Shown one piece after another: positions 43,309-53,293 of a stretch of 64,000 bases of DNA. The stretch lies in sequence record OR352938.1. One strand, 5' to 3'. The notes under the pieces are model-generated. The model had not been told where the DNA came from. It saw only the letters and a list, made by a program, of their open reading frames with translations, and made no database searches. Source of the DNA: Escherichia phage AV108. Position 1 is the first letter of the stretch; every line of letters begins with the position of its first letter. A program made the translations under genes and the position numbers.

Positions 43309-44666
43309 CCCTTCTTAAGTTCTTTAAGATCTTTCTTATATTCCTTCATTGCTGTCGTCTTTGTCCAATACTCATATTCACTATGATGTTTATCGGCATC
43401 TTTGACCAGTCGATCATACTCTTCTTGAGTAACGCTATACAATGGCATAGAAACTAGCTTATCGGCGTATGGACGCAGTTTTTCGTGTCCATTGATGGAT
43501 TGCATTACCTCGGCCTTTTTCTTGCCCTGTAGCTCGATTTCGCCCTTAATTACGCGGTCGATAAATTCAGCTTTAGCCATTGCATAATTGTATGCTTCCA
43601 GCGTTTCCGCTTGCATCAATTCAATGCGTTTATCTACATAGCCTAATCGGATTTCGACGAATCGACGGATCAGATCGCTCGCTTTCTCGAATACTTCTAC
43701 TAAACCACGTTCGTTAACTACTACGATATTCTGGGCTACTAACTGCGTTAGTTTAAAATCCTTCATGATTTGCTCATGTCGAGCGGATTCATCTTCGCTT
43801 TTGAAATAATCGCGTTTCAGTGTTACTTCAAATCTGAATCCGTCCTTAGAGCAACGGTCATTATACGATACAATCAGATCTTTTTCTTCCAGTGCATCAA
43901 GTACCGCTACATATTCTTCACGGTCGAACTTATAAGGAACTTCTGATATTGTCAGCTTAGTCTTGCCGTTTAGTTCATATGTACCCTCAAGAATCACACC
44001 ATCGCGATCATCTCGCGGGATAACTTTACCCGTGAATTTCGGGAATTGAACACTAGGTTCTTTATCCAGTTTTCCGGCAAGTGCTAGCTCTGTGCATTCA
44101 ATGAGGCTTTCCAGTGAATGCGGTAAAATGTCAGTTTTATACCCTGTAGCAATACCACTAATACCATTAGCCAATACCATTGGCACAACTGGCAAGTAGA
44201 ACGCTGGCGGGATGTGTTCCAGATCTTCGTGCTTGGGTGCGCAATTCATATCTTTATAGATTTTAAAGAAGTTTTCATGCACGCGAGCAAAGATATAACG
44301 TGCCGCACCTGCTTTCTGGACTAAACGCGATCCGAAGTTACCTTGACCGTCAAGCAGTGGAGTATTATTGCTCCATGTATTCGCCATAAGTGATCCGGCT
44401 TCTACGGCATTAGTTTCCCCGTGGTGATACCCCAACTCAGCGACACCAGATCCAATATCTGCCATCTTACGGAATTTCTTACGGTCGCCTTTACTCTTTT
44501 GCAAAGCACATTCCATAACAAAGCGTTGCACTGGTTTAAGACCATCAACTAATTGAGGAATCCCGCGTTCCTCAGCAGAATAGATCGCATATTCCTTAGC
44601 TTCATTATGTACAATGCTTTCAAAGCTGCGGTAAGTAACTGATTTATTCATCTTCACCTCATACAC
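43305..44666 (-). CDS. 52: topoisomerase II medium subunit (GyrA-like)
   Basis: collinear with T4 gp52 as recalled (DGLKPVQRFV, LLDGQGNFGSR, AARYIFAR, PAFYLPVVP). Confidence 0.9.
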   Translation of the reverse strand: MYEVKMNKSVTYRSFESIVHNEAKEYAIYSAEERGIPQLVDGLKPVQRFVMECALQKSKGDRKKFRKMADIGSGVAELGYHHGETNAVEAGSLMANTWSNNTPLLDGQGNFGSRLVQKAGAARYIFARVHENFFKIYKDMNCAPKHEDLEHIPPAFYLPVVPMVLANGISGIATGYKTDILPHSLESLIECTELALAGKLDKEPSVQFPKFTGKVIPRDDRDGVILEGTYELNGKTKLTISEVPYKFDREEYVAVLDALEEKDLIVSYNDRCSKDGFRFEVTLKRDYFKSEDESARHEQIMKDFKLTQLVAQNIVVVNERGLVEVFEKASDLIRRFVEIRLGYVDKRIELMQAETLEAYNYAMAKAEFIDRVIKGEIELQGKKKAEVMQSINGHEKLRPYADKLVSMPLYSVTQEEYDRLVKDADKHHSEYEYWTKTTAMKEYKKDLKELKKG

Positions 44667-45021
44667 GCTTACAAATCACATTCTTTACTTTATCAGATTT
44701 ATCAGCCCAATCCAATAGCCATTTTAACGGAAGGATTGAAACAATAAACGGGGCAGCAATCAAAGCAAACATGATACACCGGATAATCAGGAAAGTGCAA
44801 GTAACAAAGCTAGCGATACTGATCCCGACAAAACAAAATACCATAGAAAACAGAGTAATGATATAGAAAGGCCAGAATACCCACTCCCGCATCTTAACGC
44901 CTTTGTATTCTCTGAATTGCTTAAAATCTACAAACAACTCTCGGATAGACGCGTACAGGACCGAAAAATCATCTTTCATTGCTCTGAATGAGCAATCTTC
45001 TATTTTAGAATGACCTAGCAT
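44659..45021 (-). CDS. membrane protein
   Basis: two or three hydrophobic helices; exact start uncertain. Confidence 0.4.
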   Translation of the reverse strand: MLGHSKIEDCSFRAMKDDFSVLYASIRELFVDFKQFREYKGVKMREWVFWPFYIITLFSMVFCFVGISIASFVTCTFLIIRCIMFALIAAPFIVSILPLKWLLDWADKSDKVKNVICKRV

Positions 45022-45023
45022 TA

Positions 45024-45317
45024 TTAACCGCCTTTCATCATTGATACTGGAATTGTTTTCTGATTTGTGTATAATTGGCCTACTTCAATTTTTTCTTGAA
45101 TCACCACGACGTTACAATATCCACTATCTTTAAGTTTTCTGATAATGACTCGCTTTTGTTCGTCGGTGATAGGATTGACTGTTCTCACCAATTCACCGCA
45201 AATAATAGCACCATCTTTACAATTACCAGTAACTTTCATGCTACGACCGTGAACAACAACCACATCACCGTAAATCACATTTTCGTCGTCGTATTTGGTA
45301 ATAACCGTGACCGTCAT
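45024..45317 (-). CDS. hypothetical protein
   Basis: 97-aa ORF; hairpin GGCCGC-gcaaa-GCGGCC just upstream at 45330-45350. Confidence 0.45.
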   Translation of the reverse strand: MTVTVITKYDDENVIYGDVVVVHGRSMKVTGNCKDGAIICGELVRTVNPITDEQKRVIIRKLKDSGYCNVVVIQEKIEVGQLYTNQKTIPVSMMKGG

Positions 45318-45362
45318 AATGTATTCCCTCTAAGAAAGGCCGCGCAAAGCGGCCTATGTTTA

Positions 45363-45695
45363 TTATTGTTCTACAGTATAACCGTTGTTTTCAAGCCATG
45401 CAATAACAATCTTTTCGCCAATTTCATCGAGCATTTCATCAGAGCCATATTCTTTGATGAAAATCGATGGATCGTTATTGCTTACTACGTGCTGGATCAC
45501 AACATGTTCAGGAATTGCGTCTAGCAGTTCGCTATGATCATACTCATTAACGATATCTTCAACACTAACATTATTAACCAAATCAACATCATCCATAGTC
45601 ACAGTAACGCGACCGGACGGACGCAATGAATATTGGCTACTTTCAACTTCAACATGTGCACTTTCGCAAGTAACTTTCATATCAACCATAATCAA
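45363..45695 (-). CDS. strongly acidic small protein (DNA-mimic candidate)
   Basis: 110 aa with about 23 Asp/Glu against about 5 Lys/Arg. Confidence 0.45.
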   Translation of the reverse strand: MIMVDMKVTCESAHVEVESSQYSLRPSGRVTVTMDDVDLVNNVSVEDIVNEYDHSELLDAIPEHVVIQHVVSNNDPSIFIKEYGSDEMLDEIGEKIVIAWLENNGYTVEQ

Positions 45696-45703
45696 TTCCT
45701 CTG

Positions 45704-46705
45704 TTAGTAATGGCTAAAACCTTCGGTCACATCTTCAACCACATAGTAACGATGACAGCGCATTTTGGCATTTGCATAATCTTTCGGGATACTTACAACG
45801 TGACGCGGATCAACTTTGCATTTAATGATTCGGCCTCGTCCACCGCCATAGTGAGGAATATAGTGTTTCGCTGCAACGTGGAGGCCATTAGAGCAAGTGC
45901 GATCATCATCTGGGTCCACGTCTTTACGCTTCATTTTAACCGTGCGCCCTGGGCTATTATCAAACGTATGCGTAAAGAAATCTTTATAATCAACATCAAC
46001 ACGTTTCCATGCATAGAAACAACCATCTTCCCCGATCTCAATGTCGTTGTGCTCTAAGAAGTCAAACAGACGATCTACGGCCTTACGGCTAGGGTTTTTC
46101 TTGCACTTCTCAAAGAAGTTCAGATAGTGCGTATATGGCTTATTCTCTTTAATCGACTCCACAACTCGACGAGTCAGATTATTATCAAGAACAATATTAT
46201 GATAATACACAATACCATTTTCGATACGGAAAGCGCCGTGATAATATACTTCAACCGCTTTCTTAATGTCAATCAGCGTAATTGCTTTAATAAAATCATT
46301 CTGCTTAACTGCTTCCAGTGCTTCATTAAAGTTAACATGCGACGGATCAGCAGTATAAACAATGTCACCACATGTAATAGTAATAAACTTAGTTGAGGCT
46401 ATTGCTACGATTTTTGAGGAAGTAGTCACGGGCTTTTTTGCGCGTTCACCGCCTTTTCCTTTACTGGTTTTACGGCGTGCTTTACGTTTTTCTAGTGCCT
46501 TGCGGCCTTCCGCTACTGCGTCTTTCTGGATCAATAATACACGGGAGGCAGTGCGACGAGATACACCAAATGCTGCCGCAAGTGCTTCGCGGGTAGTAAA
46601 CTTACCTTCGCCCCACTGTTTAGCCAGTTTGATTTGTTTCGCAGAATCCAGGCATTGAACGTTACGGTCAGAGACGGTGATTTTTGCTTTAGTCATAGTA
46701 TTCAT
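45704..46705 (-). CDS. rIIB: rIIB membrane-associated protein
   Basis: C-terminal blocks match T4 rIIB as recalled (SRKAVDRLFDFL, NDIEIGEDGCFYAWK, FDNSPGRTVKM, VVSIPKDYANAKMR, YVVEDVTE). Confidence 0.88.
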   Translation of the reverse strand: MNTMTKAKITVSDRNVQCLDSAKQIKLAKQWGEGKFTTREALAAAFGVSRRTASRVLLIQKDAVAEGRKALEKRKARRKTSKGKGGERAKKPVTTSSKIVAIASTKFITITCGDIVYTADPSHVNFNEALEAVKQNDFIKAITLIDIKKAVEVYYHGAFRIENGIVYYHNIVLDNNLTRRVVESIKENKPYTHYLNFFEKCKKNPSRKAVDRLFDFLEHNDIEIGEDGCFYAWKRVDVDYKDFFTHTFDNSPGRTVKMKRKDVDPDDDRTCSNGLHVAAKHYIPHYGGGRGRIIKCKVDPRHVVSIPKDYANAKMRCHRYYVVEDVTEGFSHY

Positions 46706-46758
46706 TCCTCTATTAGTTGGGCGACTATCGCCGCCCGATTCACATCATTATACCAGAA

Positions 46759-46890
46759 TTATTTTGCTTCGACAACCTTTCGGATTGTGCGGTCTGATAC
46801 ATTATAGATTCGTGCCAGTTCGCCTTTAGTCAAGCCGCGAGCGTATTGTTTACGGATGGTTTCTTTCTGGATAGCGGTCAGTTTAGTCAT
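46759..46890 (-). CDS. small helix-turn-helix protein (43 aa) between rIIA and rIIB
   Basis: ATG 46888-46890 with AAGAGGTG RBS; MTKLTAIQKETIRKQYARGLTKGELARIYNVSDRTIRKVVEAK; below the ORF-track cutoff. Confidence 0.45.
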   Translation of the reverse strand: MTKLTAIQKETIRKQYARGLTKGELARIYNVSDRTIRKVVEAK

Positions 46891-46901
46891 AATATCACCT
46901 C

Positions 46902-49010
46902 TTAAAATTTAACATTCTTAACCAGTTTCATAAAGTCTTGTGCGCGTTTGTCGTTATGCAGAATACGATACCAGTTATCTACAATATCATACAGTAACGG
47001 GCTATTATCTTTAAACTTCGCACAAACTGCTTTAATTCGTTCGTTTGCTGCCGTGAATTTTTCATCACAGATCTTTTTAGTTTCTTCGTCCATAATCCAA
47101 CGAGTATGAAGGAGTAACTTGGAAACCTCTTTATTATAATGACGACCGTACAGTCTGTCAATAAATTCTGGAACACAGCGTTCTAGTTCATCGTCATGAA
47201 ACAACATAGTGATCACACCCAGATATTCGCCATACCCCAGATGATTGGTCTTAACCTTCTTAGCCAGACCAGCCAGCTTACCGCGAACAAATTCTAGCGC
47301 ACATTCCAATTGTTCGTCAACGAGATATTTTTGTGTCTCGTTACGAGTAATAATATACTTTGTTACCCCGAAGTAGTCAAGCGCCGTGTGTAATGTATTT
47401 TCACTATAGATCGATTTACGACTACGGCTTTCGAATGCATCACCTACGCGGAACATGTGCAAGCCTGATAACTCGCGAATCTCTGCCGCTTTCATGTGAT
47501 GGCTGGTTTTATGCCAACTGTCACCAATCTTTTCCATAATATACACGTTAGGCAGCTTAGGAGTCGCTTCACGTTGTGTACGCTCGGTCTTCTCCGGTTT
47601 AACTGCTTTAGCACGCAGATCATCGGCCTCTGATACTTTAATAACGGTCATTTCAGAATCATCATAATACTGTTTGATGTACTCGAAAGTCTCCATATGT
47701 TTTTCGTTGTTCTGACGGAACACCAGTACCTTTTTATTGATGCCGTATTCCTGGACCATGCCGTTAAGAGTCAGTGCACGCAGTTTCGGTTTATCGGTAT
47801 CATCAATAAGACACGTAATATCTTCTTTATGCATCCATACAAAATGCGTAATATTGTATTGACTGCTAACGAAAGCAGGTCGCAATTTGCTGATTGTGTG
47901 TCGATGATGATACAGAGTATACACCTGACCTTCTACGTCATTAGGCGAATCTTTACCCGCATTCACAAACTTATTATAGATTGCTACCGGATCATCCCAC
48001 TGTCCGATCTTACCCATCTTGCTAATAATATTGCGTTGCGTCGATGAATACTCGCTCATAAATTGCGCAAGTTTACGCTCTGTTTTAATGTTGGCGATCT
48101 TCTCTTTAACCTTTTCCAACATCATTTCATTGATTTCTGCAATGCGTTTTTCGATGTTCGCTTTAGTCTCAATTGACAAGTGAACTTCTTCACGCGATGG
48201 CATCAGGTCCAGATCACCCAACTCAAAATTAATGTAAATGGTCTGGTGCTGGCGGTTTACAGCTTCTAACCATGTTCCGCGAACATATTCATACGGGATC
48301 GGATACTGGATCTTACCCATGATTGCATATACGACATAGGAATCGTTGTCACGCCCATTACACACATAATAATTATCAAAGCTAGGGAAATAATTAATTT
48401 CGATTGCATTGATATTTGGTTTGTGTTCCCCAAAGTGACGCAGTACAAATTGCGCTTCTCTATGCCATGTCTGAATATCTTTTTCTTTCACTGGAATAGT
48501 GATTTTCAGACCATTGTCTTCATAGGTCGGTTCGTCAAAAATCTGCACCATTTTCGGCATAGAGTTTTGCACAAATGCCGTAAAGCCATAAGCGCGACCA
48601 TTGTAATAGTTTACGATTGTAAAGGTGTCGGTATAGCTATAAGCAGACTTCGCACCCAAACCAAAAGACCCGATATAGTCATTAGTCTGGTCTTTTGTTG
48701 ATTCAAAGTAAACCGTAAACAGTTGTTCTAATTCTTTCTTAGACGGAATACCAGTACCATAATCACGCACAGAAAAATACGGTTCGATTGCAGTCGGTAA
48801 ATGAATATCAAACGGACGATCTAAGGTTCCGGCTTCTTTGTGAGTGTCGGTAGCATTGCACGAATACTCACGGACGCAAGCACGTTCACAATATTGATAA
48901 GTGTTCTTAGAAAGCACCATAAAAGCCTTGCTACTTGCTTTCAGTGAAAAATCAACCGCACCGCTCAAGTCACTGCCAAATACTTCTTCATTATCAATAT
49001 GCATTTTCAT
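46902..49010 (-). CDS. rIIA: rIIA protein
   Basis: collinear with T4 rIIA as recalled (EPYFSVRDYGTGIPS, FTVYFESTKDQTNDYIGSFGLG, YGFTAF); 702 aa. Confidence 0.88.
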   Translation of the reverse strand: MKMHIDNEEVFGSDLSGAVDFSLKASSKAFMVLSKNTYQYCERACVREYSCNATDTHKEAGTLDRPFDIHLPTAIEPYFSVRDYGTGIPSKKELEQLFTVYFESTKDQTNDYIGSFGLGAKSAYSYTDTFTIVNYYNGRAYGFTAFVQNSMPKMVQIFDEPTYEDNGLKITIPVKEKDIQTWHREAQFVLRHFGEHKPNINAIEINYFPSFDNYYVCNGRDNDSYVVYAIMGKIQYPIPYEYVRGTWLEAVNRQHQTIYINFELGDLDLMPSREEVHLSIETKANIEKRIAEINEMMLEKVKEKIANIKTERKLAQFMSEYSSTQRNIISKMGKIGQWDDPVAIYNKFVNAGKDSPNDVEGQVYTLYHHRHTISKLRPAFVSSQYNITHFVWMHKEDITCLIDDTDKPKLRALTLNGMVQEYGINKKVLVFRQNNEKHMETFEYIKQYYDDSEMTVIKVSEADDLRAKAVKPEKTERTQREATPKLPNVYIMEKIGDSWHKTSHHMKAAEIRELSGLHMFRVGDAFESRSRKSIYSENTLHTALDYFGVTKYIITRNETQKYLVDEQLECALEFVRGKLAGLAKKVKTNHLGYGEYLGVITMLFHDDELERCVPEFIDRLYGRHYNKEVSKLLLHTRWIMDEETKKICDEKFTAANERIKAVCAKFKDNSPLLYDIVDNWYRILHNDKRAQDFMKLVKNVKF

Positions 49011-49024
49011 AATATAATCCTCAC

Positions 49025-49282
49025 TTAATTAAAATCTTCTTTGTCCATCTCTGCGTAGATTGCATCCCACGCCCATAAATCAATAAACGCATTATATGTC
49101 ACGGTGCAATCGTTGTCAATCACTTCTTTCGCATATTTCTTGATGTTTTCGTAGGAAACTTGCGGATCAATTTTGTGTTTACGAAGGTGTGTATATTCAT
49201 ACCTCAAACATTTCATAAACAGGTCCATCGATTTCTTTTCTCGATGAGACTTGGCGATCAGAAAATCAAAACTTCGACTCAT
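49025..49282 (-). CDS. hypothetical protein
   Basis: 85-aa ORF with AAGGAG RBS. Confidence 0.5.
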   Translation of the reverse strand: MSRSFDFLIAKSHREKKSMDLFMKCLRYEYTHLRKHKIDPQVSYENIKKYAKEVIDNDCTVTYNAFIDLWAWDAIYAEMDKEDFN

Positions 49283-49292
49283 TTTCTACTCC

Positions 49293-49487
49293 TTATACAT
49301 TTTCAATCACCCATTGCAGATGGGCTTCTGCGTCAACCAGTTCAGCTCGGCTTTTCTCTAAGCACTTGCTGTATTCTTTACGTTCCCAATCAGCAATTTC
49401 GTTTTTCAGGACTTCTTCATAGTAAGCAATTACGCCTTTCAGGTCTGAAACTTTACGGCTTGCCAGTTCGATGTAATGGTTACGCAT
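49293..49487 (-). CDS. hypothetical protein
   Basis: 64-aa ORF with AGGAGAATCAAA leader; promoter 49704-49732. Confidence 0.45.
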   Translation of the reverse strand: MRNHYIELASRKVSDLKGVIAYYEEVLKNEIADWERKEYSKCLEKSRAELVDAEAHLQWVIENV

Positions 49488-49703
49488 TTTGATTCTCCTT
49501 TGTTACTAGATAACGAATTTGGTCTTGCATTGCGATCAGTTCCCAGCGTGCTACTTTCATCATAGAAACTGACTCTTTGAACATAATATTAGCTTTTTCC
49601 TTTTCCCCTGTCAAGTAGATTTCTGCAATTTTTCACAAAATTTTTGAGTTTCTTCATTCTTAAACGGTTTCATATAAGTCAACCTTTTGTTTTCGATGGG
49701 GAT

Positions 49704-49732
49704 ATTATGATATATCCCCGATCCAGTGTCAA
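49704..49732 (-). promoter_or_regulatory. sigma70-type early promoter
   Basis: tgtcaa 49727-49732, CATAAT -10, palindromic spacer GGGGATAT...ATATCCCC. Confidence 0.5.
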
Positions 49733-49740
49733 CGGATTTT

Positions 49741-50040
49741 TTAATCTTTTTTCAGTGCATCCATTACTCGCTCTGCGATCAGTTCTCTTAAGCACTGATA
49801 ACCATGATATTTGATGGCAATGTCACGCAGATCATTAACCAGTTCCCGTACTTCATGGTCTTTCAGATCGTCTCTGTATTTCGATTTAATCGTATCTTTA
49901 GGTGGATTGCGGATAACCTGAAAACCTTGTTCTGCAATCACTGCGGCTTCGCGCTGGCGTTCATGTTGTACTGTATTTTTGATCAGGTCTGCTTCCATGA
50001 ACTTTGTCATACTCATCATCATGTTATTCTTTTTGCTCAT
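49741..50040 (-). CDS. hypothetical protein
   Basis: ORF track 49741..50121 overlaps the gene 39 stop; likely start ATG 50038-50040 (MSKKNN) with GAGGA RBS. Confidence 0.45.
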   Translation of the reverse strand: MSKKNNMMMSMTKFMEADLIKNTVQHERQREAAVIAEQGFQVIRNPPKDTIKSKYRDDLKDHEVRELVNDLRDIAIKYHGYQCLRELIAERVMDALKKD

Positions 50041-50105
50041 TATTAAATCCTCATAAAAGAAAAGGGAGACTCCCATTATAGAGAATCTCCCTTGTATGTC
50101 AAGTG

Positions 50106-51929
50106 TTATGATTGCATCCAAATTTTGCGTTGATCTGCATCTTCACTATAGAGCAAATCGAATAGCTCTTTATAGTTTTCCGGTAACGTGATGATCTCCA
50201 TTACAGGATCGTTGATCACGCGATGATAATCGGATTCTGTGAGCGATGCCAACCCTTTGATATATCGAATGTTATAACCTTTGATATTATCTCGGTCGTT
50301 CTCGAAATCTTCTAGGTCATAATACCATCGAACATCATCACCTTTCTTTGGTTCCGCAATGATAATAGGTGTTTTGATAAACCTGATTCGTCCATCTTCG
50401 AACAATTCAGGCCAACGTGCAAAGAAAGAGATCAGACTAGGTTTAATAGACCCGATCCCGTCAGTATCAGCGTCTGTCATAATCGCAATATTTTTGTATT
50501 GCATAACTTCCAATGCATCAACACCAAATTGCAAGCCAGTGATCGCCATGATGTTAAAAATTTCGGCGTTCTTAACGATCTTTGCCTCCGGTTGTTCCCA
50601 CGTTGTAAGAGTTTTGCCTCGCAACGGGAAACCGCCATGTAAATCTTGATCACGTACAGAGATCAGATAGTTGATTGCGGAATCACCTTCTGTCAAAAAC
50701 AGGGTAGTTTCTGCGTCAGTTCCAATAAGGTTAGCTTTAACGTGTTTTGCTACCTTAGCCCGTTTCGCTGCCTTCGCTGCCTTAGTCGCTGCCGCTTTAT
50801 CTGCTGCCTCTTTGCGTGCCAGGACTACAGCAATAATAGGCATAATAATGTTTTCTTTCTTCGCAATGACTTTAGCCAGCTTTTTAAAATCAAGATCAAT
50901 ATGACGCTTGATATCACCAGTTGGATTAGTCAAGCGTTCTTTTGTCTGTGAATCAAAACGGAGGTTAGGCAATTCACGAACAATCAAAATACAGGTCAAT
51001 CCAGACTTAACCGCAGCTTTAGTAACATCAACCTTATATTCTTTCTTGATTCGTTTTACAATCTCTTCACAAAGATCATCTGTCACGTAGTCTACGTGTG
51101 TTCCCCCGTTTTTGGTAAACAGACCATTAGCAAAGGATACTGATTTAAAACCTTCTCCCTCGACCGCCGGAACTAGAGCAAGTGAAAAGTTTTTATCTTC
51201 AATGACAAACGGATCATCATTGTATAGTTTAGCATAATCCTTGAACTTACTAACAATACGTTTACCATTAAACTTAAACGTGATCTTAGGAAAGATTACG
51301 CTCAATGATTGCAGACGATCATGAACAATATCTAAAACAGAGTTGTCCATCATATAACCTTCGAAGTGGTCGAAGTCTGGGCAAAATGTAACCTTTGTTC
51401 CCTTCAATTTTGATGGTTTTGACGACCATGTGATATTTTCAGCGCCGTTTGTGCACTGTACGGTCATTTCTGTTTCGCCGTCACATGTTACACCAGTAAA
51501 CCAATCGCTAAAGAAATTTGACAACGACGACCCCACACCGTTCATCCCTTGCGTTAATCGATTGGTATCATCAAAGTTAGACCCTGCTTTTGTTCGTGTC
51601 CATGCGGCTACAGGTTGCGGAATCTGCGTACCCTCTGGGGTAGTAACCATATGTTGAGGAATACCGCGACCATTGTCTGTTACCGTAACAATATTGTTTT
51701 GGATATCGACGCTAATCACATTGGCAAATTCAAAGTTAGTGCGGATCGCCTCGTCTACAGAGTTGTCGATGATCTCATCAATGATTTTAACCAGTCCAGG
51801 AACATATGAAATTTTTGTCCACTTACCGAACAGGAAACGTTGATGTTCTTCGTAAGTTGTTGATCCTATGTACATTCCTGCACGCTTAAGGACATGTTCA
51901 CGATCAGATAAAATGCGAAACTCACTCAT
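50106..51929 (-). CDS. 39: topoisomerase II large subunit (GyrB-like ATPase), fused 39+60 form
   Basis: N-terminus MSEFRILSDREHVLKRAGMYIGS matches T4 gp39 as recalled; 607 aa single frame covers what T4 splits into genes 39 and 60. Confidence 0.9.
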   Translation of the reverse strand: MSEFRILSDREHVLKRAGMYIGSTTYEEHQRFLFGKWTKISYVPGLVKIIDEIIDNSVDEAIRTNFEFANVISVDIQNNIVTVTDNGRGIPQHMVTTPEGTQIPQPVAAWTRTKAGSNFDDTNRLTQGMNGVGSSLSNFFSDWFTGVTCDGETEMTVQCTNGAENITWSSKPSKLKGTKVTFCPDFDHFEGYMMDNSVLDIVHDRLQSLSVIFPKITFKFNGKRIVSKFKDYAKLYNDDPFVIEDKNFSLALVPAVEGEGFKSVSFANGLFTKNGGTHVDYVTDDLCEEIVKRIKKEYKVDVTKAAVKSGLTCILIVRELPNLRFDSQTKERLTNPTGDIKRHIDLDFKKLAKVIAKKENIIMPIIAVVLARKEAADKAAATKAAKAAKRAKVAKHVKANLIGTDAETTLFLTEGDSAINYLISVRDQDLHGGFPLRGKTLTTWEQPEAKIVKNAEIFNIMAITGLQFGVDALEVMQYKNIAIMTDADTDGIGSIKPSLISFFARWPELFEDGRIRFIKTPIIIAEPKKGDDVRWYYDLEDFENDRDNIKGYNIRYIKGLASLTESDYHRVINDPVMEIITLPENYKELFDLLYSEDADQRKIWMQS

Positions 51930-52028
51930 TATTAAACCTCTTCATAACATAACCATAACTTACTGCAACCGCCACAAAGACGGCTGCAACAATCATATTA
52001 AAAATTGAGTGATTGTCAAGTATATGAC

Positions 52029-52202
52029 TCATGACACGCGCACATTTTTATCATAGTACCCGCCATTAATCCCGCGCGGGGCAGTTAATCCCTGTTTGCA
52101 TTCTTTACCACATTCAGGGCATTCTGCCTTTTCACGTTCGGAAATTTTGCGGATTTTCTGAAATTGACCGTGTTCTTCACAAGAATAATCATATAATGGC
52201 AT
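52029..52202 (-). CDS. FmdB-type zinc-ribbon protein
   Basis: MPLYDYSCEEHGQF ... CPECG; likely start ATG 52200-52202 with AAGGGGA RBS; ORF track 52029..52283. Confidence 0.5.
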   Translation of the reverse strand: MPLYDYSCEEHGQFQKIRKISEREKAECPECGKECKQGLTAPRGINGGYYDKNVRVS

Positions 52203-52203
52203 A

Positions 52204-52872
52204 TTATCCCCTTTGTTTCTTAACTGAATTTGGATCTGGATTTTCGGGCAAGTCTTCCAGACCCATAGCATAACGTTGTGCATAGATTAGCATAAGAATA
52301 TCGCGAGCGCAATCATGAATTGCATCATGCGCGATAAACCCGTCTAGCGTACCCATTGGTAACGGGCATTCACACATACCACGATGCATCAATGTACGCT
52401 CAATGGCGGTGCGAACGTCTCGGATGTTCCAGAATCGCACAGGTTCAAGATTGAACGTCTCACGGGTATTGTGTGCACGGCGGATCATATCAACTAGTAA
52501 CGGAATATCAAACGCATTACCGCGTGACCACATTACTGATTTAACCGGATCTACCCCTACGGCTTCACAGAATGCGTTAAAACGCGCTAAACCTTCTTTA
52601 GTTGATACTTCCGTACCATTTGTGATTAATTGCTTTCTCATGCCTTCTGAGGCGGTATTCTTCCACCATTCAACCACACCATGATCAAAGATCCTTACAC
52701 CTTTCTGGGAAGGAATATCAAATTTTACCAGAAAGGAATTGTCAACCAGTTCTTTAAATGTAGGTGGATTGTGCGGATCTTCTTTAAATCCGATTGCCGC
52801 CATATTGATCACCGCCCCATCAGGCGGATAACCTAAACTTTCAAAGTCAATCATTAAATCCACTGGAAGCAT
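52204..52872 (-). CDS. dexA: exonuclease A (DEDD 3'-5' exonuclease)
   Basis: collinear with T4 DexA as recalled (IDFESLG, VEWWKN, FDIPLLVDMIRR, GTLDGFIAHDAIHDCARDILMLIYAQRYAMGLED). Confidence 0.88.
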   Translation of the reverse strand: MLPVDLMIDFESLGYPPDGAVINMAAIGFKEDPHNPPTFKELVDNSFLVKFDIPSQKGVRIFDHGVVEWWKNTASEGMRKQLITNGTEVSTKEGLARFNAFCEAVGVDPVKSVMWSRGNAFDIPLLVDMIRRAHNTRETFNLEPVRFWNIRDVRTAIERTLMHRGMCECPLPMGTLDGFIAHDAIHDCARDILMLIYAQRYAMGLEDLPENPDPNSVKKQRG

Positions 52873-52873
52873 T

Positions 52874-53125
52874 TTAAATATCCTCCGCGATGTGTCGGAA
52901 CAACTCCAGGTCGTTTTTATCTAACACTAGATTGCATTTGGTTGACCGATAATTGCAAACATTAATCAGTAAACTTTCCATCGCCTGTACCGACTGTACT
53001 TTATGTCGAAAAGACATTACATGTTGTGCATAATCAGCGTGAATTTTATCACGATGGAATGTTACGATGGCATCTAAACATAACAGTTTATCAAGTTCAT
53101 CAATAATCATCATATCAGGAACCAC
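52874..53125 (-). CDS. hypothetical protein
   Basis: 83-aa ORF abutting dexA. Confidence 0.4.
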   Translation of the reverse strand: MVPDMMIIDELDKLLCLDAIVTFHRDKIHADYAQHVMSFRHKVQSVQAMESLLINVCNYRSTKCNLVLDKNDLELFRHIAEDI

Positions 53126-53282
53126 GCTTAGTGAAGTGATCTATCATGGAATTAATACAATCGGCCTCGCTGATTCCAGATATACCCCATCCGTAGTTAC
53201 CCCACCTGAAATGCATGTATACACATTCGCCATGATACGATACTTTCACTTCGTCAAATTCTGGGATACTTCGCATAATCAT
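53115..53282 (-). CDS. hypothetical small protein
   Basis: ATG 53280-53282 with GAGGAA RBS; the ORF-track entry 53115..53297 uses an upstream TTG. Confidence 0.4.
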   Translation of the reverse strand: MIMRSIPEFDEVKVSYHGECVYMHFRWGNYGWGISGISEADCINSMIDHFTKRGS

Positions 53283-53293
53283 AATAATATTCC

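Noticed and set aside
49500-49690. Second TTGACA-N17-TAATAT element and a 34-codon frame upstream of the 49293..49487 gene
   Set aside because: The -10 overlaps the candidate ATG and the frame runs into the next gene's RBS; more likely leader sequence than a gene
50106-51929. Gene 60-style translational bypass element in the topoisomerase gene
   Set aside because: A single 607-aa frame covers both 39-like and 60-like regions, so there is no coding gap to bypass
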